Shown here: positions 1 to 8,842 of the stretch, piece by piece
Numbering within the stretch: the first letter of the stretch is position 1
Layout of the letters: each line of letters starts with the position of its first letter
DNA from: Clostridia bacterium
GTDB lineage: Bacteria; Bacillota; Clostridia; Oscillospirales; CAG-272
Reading direction: 5' to 3'
NCBI GenBank assembly: GCA_017398145.1
Contig: JAFQHD010000074.1
Coordinates: 1-47,464, forward strand
DNA length: 47,464 bases
The notes under the pieces: generated by a model
What the model was told of the DNA's origin: nothing
Seen by the model: the letters and a program-made list of their open reading frames with translations, nothing else
Database searches by the model: none
Position numbers and translations under genes: made by a program

Positions 1-671
1 GTGCAGGCGGGACAAGCATCACGGCAAGCGTTACAACGGATACAGCGGGAAAGCTCGTTCTGCCAGAAAGCAAAGCGTTCATCGGGGGTCATAGCCTCGA
101 GTGCCGCTACCTCGTCAAAACGTGCGGAGTCTATAACCTCACCGTCCTCGCCCATAAGCTCGTCGTATGCAACGCACTTTTTGCTCTTACAGTTGATACA
201 TCTCTCTGCTAAAACATCAGCATAATCTACCTTAACTACTCCGTCGTAGAGAGTGTCAACGTACATTGCATCATCCTTATAATCTATAGACAGGATGCCG
301 TCTACCTTGTTCTTAAGCTTAACTACGTCAGCCATACCCTCACAGCCGATTGCTACCGCATAGACCTTTTCACGGTCAAAGCGATGCTCGGTGAGAAGCT
401 GGTTGAAGCTGTATGTATCGCAGGGCTTGAGGAATACAAGGATCTTGCCCTCGATCTTTTTGGTATTTGCTACAAGATACTTGGAGAAGTTAGCTCCGCA
501 GAAATCATTGTAGACAAAATTATTTTTTATTTCTTCTTCGGTTGTAAAAACGGCGGGAGTGATATCGTAATCGAACTCACCCTTCTGCCAACCGAGAACT
601 GCGGAAACCGTTCCGTCATTAAGAAGGCTTACTGCCTTTGTGATCAGCTGATCGCGAGTTATCTTTTGCAT
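1..671 (-). CDS. 4Fe-4S dicluster protein of the Hdr-Flx cluster (FlxC/FdhB-like), 3' part outside window
   Basis: Not in the ORF track because it runs off the edge. ATG at 671 overlaps the mvhD stop region. Reads MQKITRDQLITKAVSLLNDGTVSAVLGWQKG...LKPCD...FWQNELSRCIRCNACRDACPAC (CxxCxxCxxxCP). Confidence 0.85.
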   Translation of the reverse strand, partial: MQKITRDQLITKAVSLLNDGTVSAVLGWQKGEFDYDITPAVFTTEEEIKNNFVYNDFCGANFSKYLVANTKKIEGKILVFLKPCDTYSFNQLLTEHRFDREKVYAVAIGCEGMADVVKLKNKVDGILSIDYKDDAMYVDTLYDGVVKVDYADVLAERCINCKSKKCVAYDELMGEDGEVIDSARFDEVAALEAMTPDERFAFWQNELSRCIRCNACRDACPAC

Positions 672-1093
672 CTCAGATCCTCCAATCTCTTATTTTCGCC
701 AAGGGCTGTTACCTGTGCTACAAAGTCATTCATAGTAGCGGCAAACTTTGCGCCCTCTGCCGCAGATACCCATTCTACACGGGTACGCTCTCTCTCGACA
801 CCGAGATAATCAAGCATAGAGAAGAGCATTGCCATACGACGGCGGGTATAGTAGTTACCGGAGGTGTAGTGGCAGTCACCGGGATGGCAGCCGCAGAGGA
901 TTACACCGTCGGCACCGCGCTGGAAAGCACGGAGAATAAACATGGGATTAACACGGCAGGAGCAGGGTACACGGATGATCTTAACATCTGCGGGATAGTT
1001 AAGACGGTTGTTACCTGCAAGGTCTGCGCCTGCATATGAACACCAGTTGCAGCAGAATGCAACGATTAAAGGCTTATATTCTTTCATTTGCAT
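659..1093 (-). CDS. mvhD: MvhD/FlxD [2Fe-2S] hydrogenase iron-sulfur subunit
   Basis: IVAFCCNWCSYAGAD, RVPCSCR, GCHPGDCHY and WVSAAEG motifs. Start moved to ATG 1093 (GGAGGT RBS upstream); ATG 1087 is also possible. Confidence 0.92.
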   Translation of the reverse strand: MQMKEYKPLIVAFCCNWCSYAGADLAGNNRLNYPADVKIIRVPCSCRVNPMFILRAFQRGADGVILCGCHPGDCHYTSGNYYTRRRMAMLFSMLDYLGVERERTRVEWVSAAEGAKFAATMNDFVAQVTALGENKRLEDLRCKR

Positions 1094-3078
1094 ATCGCGT
1101 CTACCTCCGCCATGATCTGACTGTTTGTGAATCCCTTGAGATCCATTGCGCCCGAGGGGCAAGCCACGGTGCAGGCACCGCAACCCTGACATACCGCAGG
1201 ATTTACAGAAGCAACACGTCTTATCTGTGTGGTTCTGTCAGGCATACGGAATTCCTTATCGCTATAGGTGATAGCACCGTAGGGACATACTCTCTCACAG
1301 GAGGAGCAGCCGTTACACATCATTTCGTTTGCGCTTGCAATACAGGGGTTACCTGTTAATTTATCCTTACAAAGAAGTCCGATGACCTTGGAAGCTGCCG
1401 CACCTGCCTGGGATACGGTCTCGGGAATATCCTTGGGACCCTGGCAAGCACCGGAGAGGAACACACCTGCCGTGGGGCTCTCTACGGGACGGAGCTTGGG
1501 ATGAGCCTCTGTAAAGAAATCGTTGGTATCCATACTTGCTGTAAGCATGGTTGCAAGGGGTCTTGCAGACTTGTCGGGCTCGATAGCCGCTGCAAGAACT
1601 ACAAGGTCAGCATCGATATGAAGCTGCTTATTAGAGATAAGATCGGAAGCCTGTACCTTAAGCACGTCACCCTCGGGAACTATCTTACCCACCATACCCT
1701 TGATATAATTTACACCGTATTCCTCAACTGCACGGCGGTAGAACTCGTCAAAGTTCTTACCGGGGGTACGAACGTCAATATAGAATACGTAAACCTCGGT
1801 ATCGGGATACTTGTCACGGGTAAGCATTGCGTGCTTTGCGGTGTACATACAGCATATCTTGGAGCAATATTCCTTGCCCTTCTCTGCACAAGCCGCACAA
1901 CGGGAGCCTACGCACTGTACGAACACTATCTTATGGGGATGCTTACCGTCGGAGGGACGAAGGAGCTTGCCCTGTGTGGGGCCTGCCGCGTTGGTCAGTC
2001 TCTCAAACTCAAGAGAGGTGATAACATCCTTAGACTGGCTGTAAGCATATTCGTCAAATTTATCCATGCTGATGGGGTTGAAGCCTGTAGCAACAACTAT
2101 CGCACCGTACTTCTCTTCTATAAACTCATCCTTCTGAGTATAGTCTATAGCACCTGCGCCGCAGACCTTAGAGCAAAGTCCGCATTTACCCTTTTTGAGC
2201 ATCGTACAAGCGCCTGCGTCAATGGTCGCAACCTTGGGCACTGCCTGTGCAAAGGGAATGTAGATAGCGGAGCGGTTGTCCATACCCATATTGAACTCGT
2301 TGGGGTTCTTCTTCATAGGACACTTGTCAACGCAGTCTCCGCAGCCGGTACACTTGGTCTCGTCAACAAATCTTGCCTTCTTCTTGATAGTAACGTCAAA
2401 GTTACCTACGAAGCCCTTAACCTCGGTTACCTCGCTGTAGGAGAAGATACGGATCTTGTCGTGCTGGGCAACGTCAACCATCTTAGGTGTGAGGATACAA
2501 GCCGCACAGTCAAGTGTGGGGAATGTCTTATCGAGCTGAGCCATCTTACCGCCGATGGTGGGCTTGGTCTCAACGATGTCTACGGGGAAGCCTGCATCTG
2601 CGATGTCAAGTGCAGTCTGGATACCTGCGATACCGCCGCCGATAACAAGAGCACGCTTGGTAACGGGGGACTCGCCGGGGGTGAGGGATGTATTGAGATT
2701 TACCTTTGCAACTGCAGCCTTACCGAGAATTATCGCCTTCTCGGTACCCACGGGCATCTCCTTATGTACCCAGGAGCACTGCTCACGGATGTTTGCGATC
2801 TCTACCATGTAGGGGTTAAGACCTGCGGCAGCCGCAGTCTTACGGAAGGTAGCCTCGTGCATACGGGGTGAGCAGGAGCAGATAACAAGTCCTGTAAGGT
2901 TATGCTCTTTTACGGCATCTATAATAAGATTCTGACCTGCCTGGGAGCACATATACTGATAATCGGTGGAATAGACGACACCGGGTTCAGCCTTCAATGC
3001 CTCGGCAACAGCCTTAACGTCAACGGTACCCGCGATGTTAGAGCCGCACCAGCATACAAAAACGCCAATTCTTTGCAT
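1084..3078 (-). CDS. hdrA: Heterodisulfide reductase subunit A (FAD, Fe-S; electron-bifurcating)
   Basis: N-terminal VFVCWCGSNI, CSCSPRMHE, FAD-binding VIGGGIAG, LDKTFPTLDCAAC, QCVGSR, CSKICCMY and ferredoxin repeats; 664 aa. Confidence 0.96.
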   Translation of the reverse strand: MQRIGVFVCWCGSNIAGTVDVKAVAEALKAEPGVVYSTDYQYMCSQAGQNLIIDAVKEHNLTGLVICSCSPRMHEATFRKTAAAAGLNPYMVEIANIREQCSWVHKEMPVGTEKAIILGKAAVAKVNLNTSLTPGESPVTKRALVIGGGIAGIQTALDIADAGFPVDIVETKPTIGGKMAQLDKTFPTLDCAACILTPKMVDVAQHDKIRIFSYSEVTEVKGFVGNFDVTIKKKARFVDETKCTGCGDCVDKCPMKKNPNEFNMGMDNRSAIYIPFAQAVPKVATIDAGACTMLKKGKCGLCSKVCGAGAIDYTQKDEFIEEKYGAIVVATGFNPISMDKFDEYAYSQSKDVITSLEFERLTNAAGPTQGKLLRPSDGKHPHKIVFVQCVGSRCAACAEKGKEYCSKICCMYTAKHAMLTRDKYPDTEVYVFYIDVRTPGKNFDEFYRRAVEEYGVNYIKGMVGKIVPEGDVLKVQASDLISNKQLHIDADLVVLAAAIEPDKSARPLATMLTASMDTNDFFTEAHPKLRPVESPTAGVFLSGACQGPKDIPETVSQAGAAASKVIGLLCKDKLTGNPCIASANEMMCNGCSSCERVCPYGAITYSDKEFRMPDRTTQIRRVASVNPAVCQGCGACTVACPSGAMDLKGFTNSQIMAEVDAICK

Positions 3079-3093
3079 ATTCGTCCTTCCTCC

Positions 3094-3480
3094 TTACTTG
3101 GTATATTTTCTGAATGCGCTGACGAGTAACTGCTGAGGGGTGTCCTCGTCAAGAAGCGCAGGAATATCGTTGGGGGTGAGGTGATTTTCACCCTGCTTTC
3201 TGATAACGGACAGGCGGACAGCCTCTACAAGCTTTGCAGGCTCAACACCTCTGGGACAGCGGTCCACACAGGCAAAGCAGGTAAGGCATTTATACAGGGA
3301 ATCGGAATTGAGCAGAGGCTCAATATCGCCCGTGTCCACCATATTTACAAACTGATGAGGATGATATTCCATCTCATCGTATGCGGGGCAGGTAGCTGAG
3401 CACTTGCCGCACTTCATACATTTCTTGGGGTTTACTCCGGAACGGAGTATTATTTCTTCACGGAGGTTTTTCTTATTCAT
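3094..3480 (-). CDS. hdrC: Heterodisulfide reductase subunit C (2x[4Fe-4S])
   Basis: CMKCGKCSATCP and CLTCFACVDRCP; lies between hdrB and hdrA. Confidence 0.9.
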   Translation of the reverse strand: MNKKNLREEIILRSGVNPKKCMKCGKCSATCPAYDEMEYHPHQFVNMVDTGDIEPLLNSDSLYKCLTCFACVDRCPRGVEPAKLVEAVRLSVIRKQGENHLTPNDIPALLDEDTPQQLLVSAFRKYTK

Positions 3481-4264
3481 TTGCGTCCTCCTTTATTCCA
3501 AGTGCCTCTGCCAGAAGTTCTGTAAAGTAAACTACGGGGATATCGGCACCGTTCTTTATAAGGTTATATTTACACAGAGGGCAAGCGGTGATAATCATCT
3601 CTGCTCCCTGTGCCTTTGCGTTTTCTACTACTGCATTGCTTCTCTTCTTTGCAAGCTCGGGACTTTCTACCGCGATATAACCGCCGCAGCACTCGTTACG
3701 GTTGGCGTATACGACAGGAGTTGCGCCTAAAGCCTTGATGAGATCCTCCATAATGGTAGGATTTTCGGGATCGTCCATACCCATAACGGTATTGGGACGA
3801 AGAAGCAGACATCCGTAATATGCGCCTATCTTCTTGCCCTTTAAGGGATTTACTACCTTTTCCTTTAAGGTGTCAAATCCAACCTTGTCACGGAGCATTT
3901 CGAGGTAATGCAGAACCTCGGTCTCACCGTTGTAGTCGTTTTCCTCTGCCATATAGCGGTTTACCTTGTCGGCAAATGCCTTATCGGTCTGCATTGCGTG
4001 ATTGGTCTGCTTTATTACGTTGTGGCAGGCGGAGCATACACTGACGAGAGCCTGACCCTTTGCCTGTGCGTCCTTTAAGGCACGTACAGAGGAGAGCTTT
4101 GTGGCAACCTCGTCACGGGATGTGGTAAACACACCGCCACAGCACTGCCAATTTTCTATTTCTTCCAGTTCTACACCGAGAAGTTCGGCAGACCTTCTTG
4201 CATAGAAGTCAAGATCCTTTGCCTTGTTCTTTAAGGTGCAACCGGGGAAATAACTGAGTTTCAT
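3473..4264 (-). CDS. hdrB: Heterodisulfide reductase subunit B (CCG domains)
   Basis: YFPGC, WQCCGG, CSAC, YYGC, ECCGG and TACPLC: two CCG motifs. Confidence 0.93.
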   Translation of the reverse strand: MKLSYFPGCTLKNKAKDLDFYARRSAELLGVELEEIENWQCCGGVFTTSRDEVATKLSSVRALKDAQAKGQALVSVCSACHNVIKQTNHAMQTDKAFADKVNRYMAEENDYNGETEVLHYLEMLRDKVGFDTLKEKVVNPLKGKKIGAYYGCLLLRPNTVMGMDDPENPTIMEDLIKALGATPVVYANRNECCGGYIAVESPELAKKRSNAVVENAKAQGAEMIITACPLCKYNLIKNGADIPVVYFTELLAEALGIKEDANE

Positions 4265-4281
4265 TTATATACTACCTCCGA

Positions 4282-5658
4282 TTAAACCATCTCTTCGGGA
4301 TGGAATACTTCGTCAAATTTCTCTGCAGTAAGGAATCCAAGCTCTACGCAGGCTTCCTTAAGGGAGATGTTGTCCTTATACGCCTTCTTAGCTGTCTTTG
4401 CCGCATTTTCGTAACCGATATAGGGGTTAAGTGCGGTGACAAGCATAAGGGAGTTGTGGAGATTGTGGTGCATCTTTTCCTTGTTTGCCTTGATACCGAC
4501 GGCACAGTTATTGTTGAAGGAAACGATAGCCTCTGCAAGCAGTCTTGCGGACTGAAGGAAGTTGTAGATGCATACGGGCATAAATACGTTAAGCTCAAAG
4601 TTGCCCTGGGATGCCGCCATAGAAACAGCCACGTCGTTACCCATGACCTGAACAGCAACCATCGTTACCGCCTCGCACTGGGTGGGGTTTACCTTGCCGG
4701 GCATAATAGAGGAGCCGGGCTCGTTTTCGGGAATGAAGATCTCACCCAGACCGTCACGGGGACCGGAGGCAAGCCATCTTACGTCGTTTGCAATCTTCAT
4801 CATATCTGCCGCCAAAGCCTTGATAGCACCGTGAGCAAATACCAGCTCGTCCTTGGATGTAAGAGCGTGGAACTTGTTGCCTGCGGTAACAAAGGGCTTA
4901 CCTGTGATCTCTGCAACCTTAGCTGCAACCGTTGTGTCAAAGCCCTTAGGTGTGTTAAGACCCGTACCAACTGCCGTACCGCCTAAAGCAAGCTCGTAGA
5001 GAGGCTTAACTGCGAGCTTAATAAGCTCAACGTCTCTTTCAAGAGAGCTTCTCCAACCGCTGATCTCCTGGCTGAAGGTAATGGGAGTTGCATCCTGAAG
5101 GTGGGTACGACCGCTCTTGACGATTCCCTCGTTCTCCTTTTCAAGGCGTTTGAAGGTCTCGATAAGCATTTCAGCCGCGGGAATGAGCTTATCCTCAAGA
5201 GCGATAACAACCGCAATATGCATAGCCGTGGGGAAGGTGTCGTTGGAGGACTGGCTCATATTTACGTCATCATTGGGATGAAGCAGTTTCTTGCCGAGGA
5301 TCTCGTTACCGCGGTTGGCGATGACCTCGTTTGAGTTCATATTGGACTGTGTGCCGCTTCCCGTCTGCCATACGACAAGGGGAAAGTTATCCATAAGCGC
5401 ACCTGAGGAGACCTCGTCACAAGCCTGTGCGATAGCACCGAGCTTTTCGTCCGTCATCTTCTCGGGCTTGAGAAGATTGTTTGCCATAGCGGCAGCCTTT
5501 TTAAGGATGCCGAAGGCGTGTATTATCTCGCGGGGCATTGTTTCAATACCCACACCGATGGGAAAGTTCTCTGAGCTTCTCTGGGTCTGAGCCGCCCACA
5601 GCTTATCTGCGGGAACCTTAACCTCGCCCATAGAATCGTGTTCAATACGGTATTCCAT
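4282..5658 (-). CDS. fumC: Class II fumarate hydratase
   Basis: [36 protein letters not shown] and the [15 protein letters not shown] signature. Confidence 0.97.
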   Translation of the reverse strand: MEYRIEHDSMGEVKVPADKLWAAQTQRSSENFPIGVGIETMPREIIHAFGILKKAAAMANNLLKPEKMTDEKLGAIAQACDEVSSGALMDNFPLVVWQTGSGTQSNMNSNEVIANRGNEILGKKLLHPNDDVNMSQSSNDTFPTAMHIAVVIALEDKLIPAAEMLIETFKRLEKENEGIVKSGRTHLQDATPITFSQEISGWRSSLERDVELIKLAVKPLYELALGGTAVGTGLNTPKGFDTTVAAKVAEITGKPFVTAGNKFHALTSKDELVFAHGAIKALAADMMKIANDVRWLASGPRDGLGEIFIPENEPGSSIMPGKVNPTQCEAVTMVAVQVMGNDVAVSMAASQGNFELNVFMPVCIYNFLQSARLLAEAIVSFNNNCAVGIKANKEKMHHNLHNSLMLVTALNPYIGYENAAKTAKKAYKDNISLKEACVELGFLTAEKFDEVFHPEEMV

Positions 5659-5679
5659 AGTTTATATTCCTTTCTGTTA

Positions 5680-6630
5680 TCAGAAGTTAACGCTGTTGAT
5701 GATATTCTTAAGGCAGTCAGCCGAATGATGAAGAGCCTTGATCTCGTCGTCGCTCATAGGAAGGATGACCTTACTGTGTGCTCCCTTAGAGCCTACCACG
5801 TTGAGCAGAGAGAGACATACATCCTCGATACCGTACTCACCGTGAAGCATGGTGGATACCGTCATAGTGGTATCGATACCGCTGAGAAGGCACTTGCATA
5901 CGTGGCATACAGAGATGGATACTGCATAGAAGGTAGCACCCTTACGCTGTATAACGCTTGCACCCGAGTTACGGACGTAATCTTCGATATCCTCCTCCTT
6001 GAAGGCAGGGTAGATCGTACGGCTGCCGAGATTCTTAACGGCAGAGCCGAAGTCCTTTGCGGGAACATTGGAAACATTGGCAAGAGACCAAGGAATAAAG
6101 CAGGAGTCGCCATGCTCACCGAGGACATAGGCATGGACGTTCTTCTGGCTTATGGAGTAGTACTCTGCTATTCTTGCACGGAGTCTTGCGGTGTCAAGGA
6201 TAGTACCCGAACCGATGATACGCTCCTCAGGGATGTTGGTATACTTGTGGAACGCATAAGTAAGGATGTCAACGGGATTGCTGACGATAACGTATGTAGC
6301 GTCGGGAGCATATTTTGTTATCTCCTGCGCAACATTCTTTATCATATCAACATTGATCTGCGCAAGGTCAAGTCTTGACTGACCCGCTTTACGGGGAATA
6401 CCCGAGGTGATAACTACGATGTCGGAGCCCTTAGCATCGCTGTAGCTGCCTGCATGTACCTGCGCGGGGTTACAGAAGGGGATACCCTGTCTGATATCAA
6501 GCGCCTCACCTACGGCCTTTTCTCCGTTGATGTCGATCATGACCACCTCGGAGGCAATGCCCTGAGTGATCATGGTATAAGCAATGGTAGAGCCAACGCT
6601 ACCCGAGCCGATAACTGTGATTTTGTTCAT
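5680..6630 (-). CDS. mdh: LDH/MDH-family NAD-dependent dehydrogenase, probably LDH-like malate dehydrogenase
   Basis: GSGSVG Rossmann motif, SNPVD, LDTAR, GEHGD. The mobile loop GIPRKAGQSRLDL has Arg at the specificity position (Gln in true LDH). Co-oriented with fumC. Confidence 0.75.
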   Translation of the reverse strand: MNKITVIGSGSVGSTIAYTMITQGIASEVVMIDINGEKAVGEALDIRQGIPFCNPAQVHAGSYSDAKGSDIVVITSGIPRKAGQSRLDLAQINVDMIKNVAQEITKYAPDATYVIVSNPVDILTYAFHKYTNIPEERIIGSGTILDTARLRARIAEYYSISQKNVHAYVLGEHGDSCFIPWSLANVSNVPAKDFGSAVKNLGSRTIYPAFKEEDIEDYVRNSGASVIQRKGATFYAVSISVCHVCKCLLSGIDTTMTVSTMLHGEYGIEDVCLSLLNVVGSKGAHSKVILPMSDDEIKALHHSADCLKNIINSVNF

Positions 6631-6674
6631 TTAGTCGTCCTCGTTTCATATATTTTGATATTGTATTTTCACAC

Positions 6675-6692
6675 TTGTTAAATAAATAACTA
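6675..6692. promoter_or_regulatory. Rex-like operator at the mdh-fumC-hdr transcription start
   Basis: TTGTTAAATAAATAACTA has 2 mismatches to TTGTTAA-N4-TTAACAA. A second similar box, ATGTGAATTTTTTAACTA, lies at 6769-6786. Confidence 0.55.
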
Positions 6693-6700
6693 ACCATCCT

Positions 6701-6729
6701 ATTATAACATATATAGAAACAATAATCAA
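6701..6729 (-). promoter_or_regulatory. sigmaA promoter of the mdh-fumC-hdr-flx operon
   Basis: TTGATT-17 nt-TATAAT on the minus strand. Confidence 0.6.
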
Positions 6730-6820
6730 CAATTTATGCTCTTTTTGAGTTAATAAATTCTATCAAAAATGTGAATTTTTTAACTATTTCCTTGTTATAT
6801 AACGATGTTCATACATAATC

Positions 6821-6849
6821 TTGACAACGCTTAACTTGTGTAGTATAAT
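6821..6849 (+). promoter_or_regulatory. sigmaA promoter of folT-folC
   Basis: Perfect TTGACA-17 nt-TATAAT immediately before the riboswitch. Confidence 0.85.
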
Positions 6850-6857
6850 TCTTCTTG

Positions 6858-6955
6858 TGAAGAGTAAGAGACCCTGCGTGAAGTGATATCGGAACGGGGA
6901 GTTGTCCGATGTACGAAGGGTTATCCCGCGGTACGGTCTCTGCATCCCGCTTCAA
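6858..6955 (+). ncRNA. THF (tetrahydrofolate) riboswitch
   Basis: AGAGTA...GCGTGAAGTG...GGGAGTTG...ACGAA...CGCGG...TGCATCCCGCT follows the THF aptamer consensus and lies upstream of folT/folC. Anti-SD ATACCTCTTTC (~6975-6984) can pair with GAAGGAGGTAT over the RBS. Confidence 0.9.
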
Positions 6956-7012
6956 TACGGCTATATTGTATTTATACCTCTTTCGCCGCACAAGTGGGAA
7001 GGAGGTATTTTT

Positions 7013-7555
7013 ATGCAAAAAAAAGAAAACATTCGCATTTTCGGCAACATCAAGACCCTTTGTATTGCCGCCACACTTACCGCCGCTGCCGTGGTCATAG
7101 CGTATCTGTGCAAATTCTTGACCACCCCTGACGGCAATCTCCGCATAACATTTGAAAATCTGCCGATTATTTTTGCAGGATTTGTTTTCGGGCCCTGGGT
7201 AGGAGTATCGGTAGGGTTATGCTCAGATCTGTTAAGTGCCTTGATATTCTACGGTGCGGGAGGTATTAATCCGCTGATCACGTTAGGTGCAGGCTGCGTC
7301 GGTCTGTTTGCAGGAATAATATCAAGAGTATTACCTCGAAATAAGGATATACTGCGTCTGGGTGCTTCGGTGGCTTGCGCCCACATCATAGGAAATATGA
7401 CAGTAAAATCTGCCGCCCTTATGATATGGTACGGTACCCCTGTGTTAGGTGTATTGCCTCGTATTCCATTATATGCGGTGATAGCAACGGTGGAATTCTG
7501 TTTGCTTTTACCCATAGTAAAAAGCTCTGCTATTAAAAGGATGATAACAAGATGA
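7013..7555 (+). CDS. folT: Folate ECF transporter S component
   Basis: About 180-aa hydrophobic protein with LRITFENLPII..G..FGPW.G...G..SDL. Start set at ATG 7013 after GGAGGT; preceded by a THF riboswitch. Confidence 0.88.
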   Translation: MQKKENIRIFGNIKTLCIAATLTAAAVVIAYLCKFLTTPDGNLRITFENLPIIFAGFVFGPWVGVSVGLCSDLLSALIFYGAGGINPLITLGAGCVGLFAGIISRVLPRNKDILRLGASVACAHIIGNMTVKSAALMIWYGTPVLGVLPRIPLYAVIATVEFCLLLPIVKSSAIKRMITR

Positions 7556-8808
7556 CATATACCGAAGCTATAGAATATATCCACTCAATATGCTGGCTTG
7601 GCAGCCGTCCGGGGCTGGAGCGAATAACCGAGCTGTGCAACAAAATGGATAACATTCAGGATAGGCTGAAGTTTATCCATATCGCAGGCACCAACGGTAA
7701 GGGCTCCGTGTCCTCTATGCTGACCCGTATTCTTGTAAATGCAGGGTATAAGGTCGGCACCTTTACCTCACCTTACGTATACCGCTTCAACGAGCGTATG
7801 GCGGTAAACGGAGAGCCTATAAGCGATGACGAGCTTGCCCATATTATTGAAATTATTAAACCTCTTGCGGATTCTATGGATGATCCGCCGACAGAGTTCG
7901 AGCTTATTACCGCTGCGGGATTTCTGTATTTCTACGAGCAGAAATGCGATATCGTGGTCCTTGAATGCGGTATGGGCGGCAGACTTGATTCTACCAATAT
8001 TATAAAAAAACCCTTACTTTCCGTTATAACCGGAATAGACTTTGATCACACTGCTTTTTTGGGAGATACTCTTGAAAAGATCGCCACAGAAAAGGCAGGA
8101 ATAATAAAGGACGGCTGCCCCGTTATCTACGGTATGATGCCTGATTCCTGTGCGAAAATAATTGAGGACTCCTCTTCCCTTGCCCGCCCCTGCGATTACA
8201 GCAGATTAAGGGATATCAACCTCAGCCTTGACGGTGCGTCCTTCTACGTAACAGGCTACAGAAAGCCCTTTAAATTAAAGCTTATCGGCGGCTATCAGCC
8301 CCGTAACGCTATGCTTGCCGTAAGCTGTGCCGAGATACTGGGAATTGAACGAGAAATAATACACAAAGGCATATGCGAAACCGTATGGCCTGCAAGATTT
8401 GAGGTCTTGTCCGCCGAGCCTATCGTCATTTATGACGGCGGACACAATCCTCAAGGGGTAGAGGCGGCGGTCAACACCGTAAAGGAGCTTTTTGAGGAAA
8501 AAATAAATATCATAAGCGGAGTTATGGCGGATAAGGACTATGATTATATCTGTTCGCTCATAAAGCCGATAGCTCATACCGTCTATTGTGTAACTCCCGA
8601 TAACAGCCGTTCTCTTCCTTCAAAAGACTACGCCGAGGCATTTAAAAAGCAAGGTGTCACGGCATACGCCTTTGACAGTATGGATTCTGCTATGGAAAAG
8701 GCATATTCCGACTCAAAAAAAGAAAACAGACCCCTACTGGGCCTGGGAAGTCTATATATGTATAAGGATTTTAAGGATACCTTGGAAAAGGTGCTTTTGT
8801 CAAAATGA
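7552..8808 (+). CDS. folC: Folylpolyglutamate synthase / dihydrofolate synthase
   Basis: IHIAGTNGKGS, FTSP, NER, TEFE, LECGMGGRLDSTN, DHT..LG, EKAGIIK, WPARFE and DGGHNP. Confidence 0.96.
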   Translation: MTYTEAIEYIHSICWLGSRPGLERITELCNKMDNIQDRLKFIHIAGTNGKGSVSSMLTRILVNAGYKVGTFTSPYVYRFNERMAVNGEPISDDELAHIIEIIKPLADSMDDPPTEFELITAAGFLYFYEQKCDIVVLECGMGGRLDSTNIIKKPLLSVITGIDFDHTAFLGDTLEKIATEKAGIIKDGCPVIYGMMPDSCAKIIEDSSSLARPCDYSRLRDINLSLDGASFYVTGYRKPFKLKLIGGYQPRNAMLAVSCAEILGIEREIIHKGICETVWPARFEVLSAEPIVIYDGGHNPQGVEAAVNTVKELFEEKINIISGVMADKDYDYICSLIKPIAHTVYCVTPDNSRSLPSKDYAEAFKKQGVTAYAFDSMDSAMEKAYSDSKKENRPLLGLGSLYMYKDFKDTLEKVLLSK

Positions 8809-8811
8809 ATT

Positions 8812-8842
8812 ACAACCGCCGATTAGCCGGCGGTTGTTTTTT
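8812..8842. terminator. Intrinsic terminator between convergent folC and the pilus operon
   Basis: ACAACCGCCG-loop-CGGCGGTTGT followed by a T run. Confidence 0.8.

Noticed and set aside
1094-1192. N-terminal extension of the mvhD ORF
   Set aside because: It overlaps the hdrA 3' end; RBS and family similarity start at 1093/1087.
1501-2871. 456-aa plus-strand ORF and similar long antisense ORFs (4300-4986, 5638-6378, 11482-12744, 38829-40190)
   Set aside because: They are shadows of strongly codon-biased minus-strand genes, with no RBS or recognisable motifs.
659-4264. Selenocysteine recoding in HdrA/MvhD
   Set aside because: The frames are open with Cys at the relevant sites; no in-frame TGA.
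6902-7012. Extended folT N-terminus and small ORFs at 6809-7146
   Set aside because: They overlap the THF riboswitch; the true RBS precedes ATG 7013.
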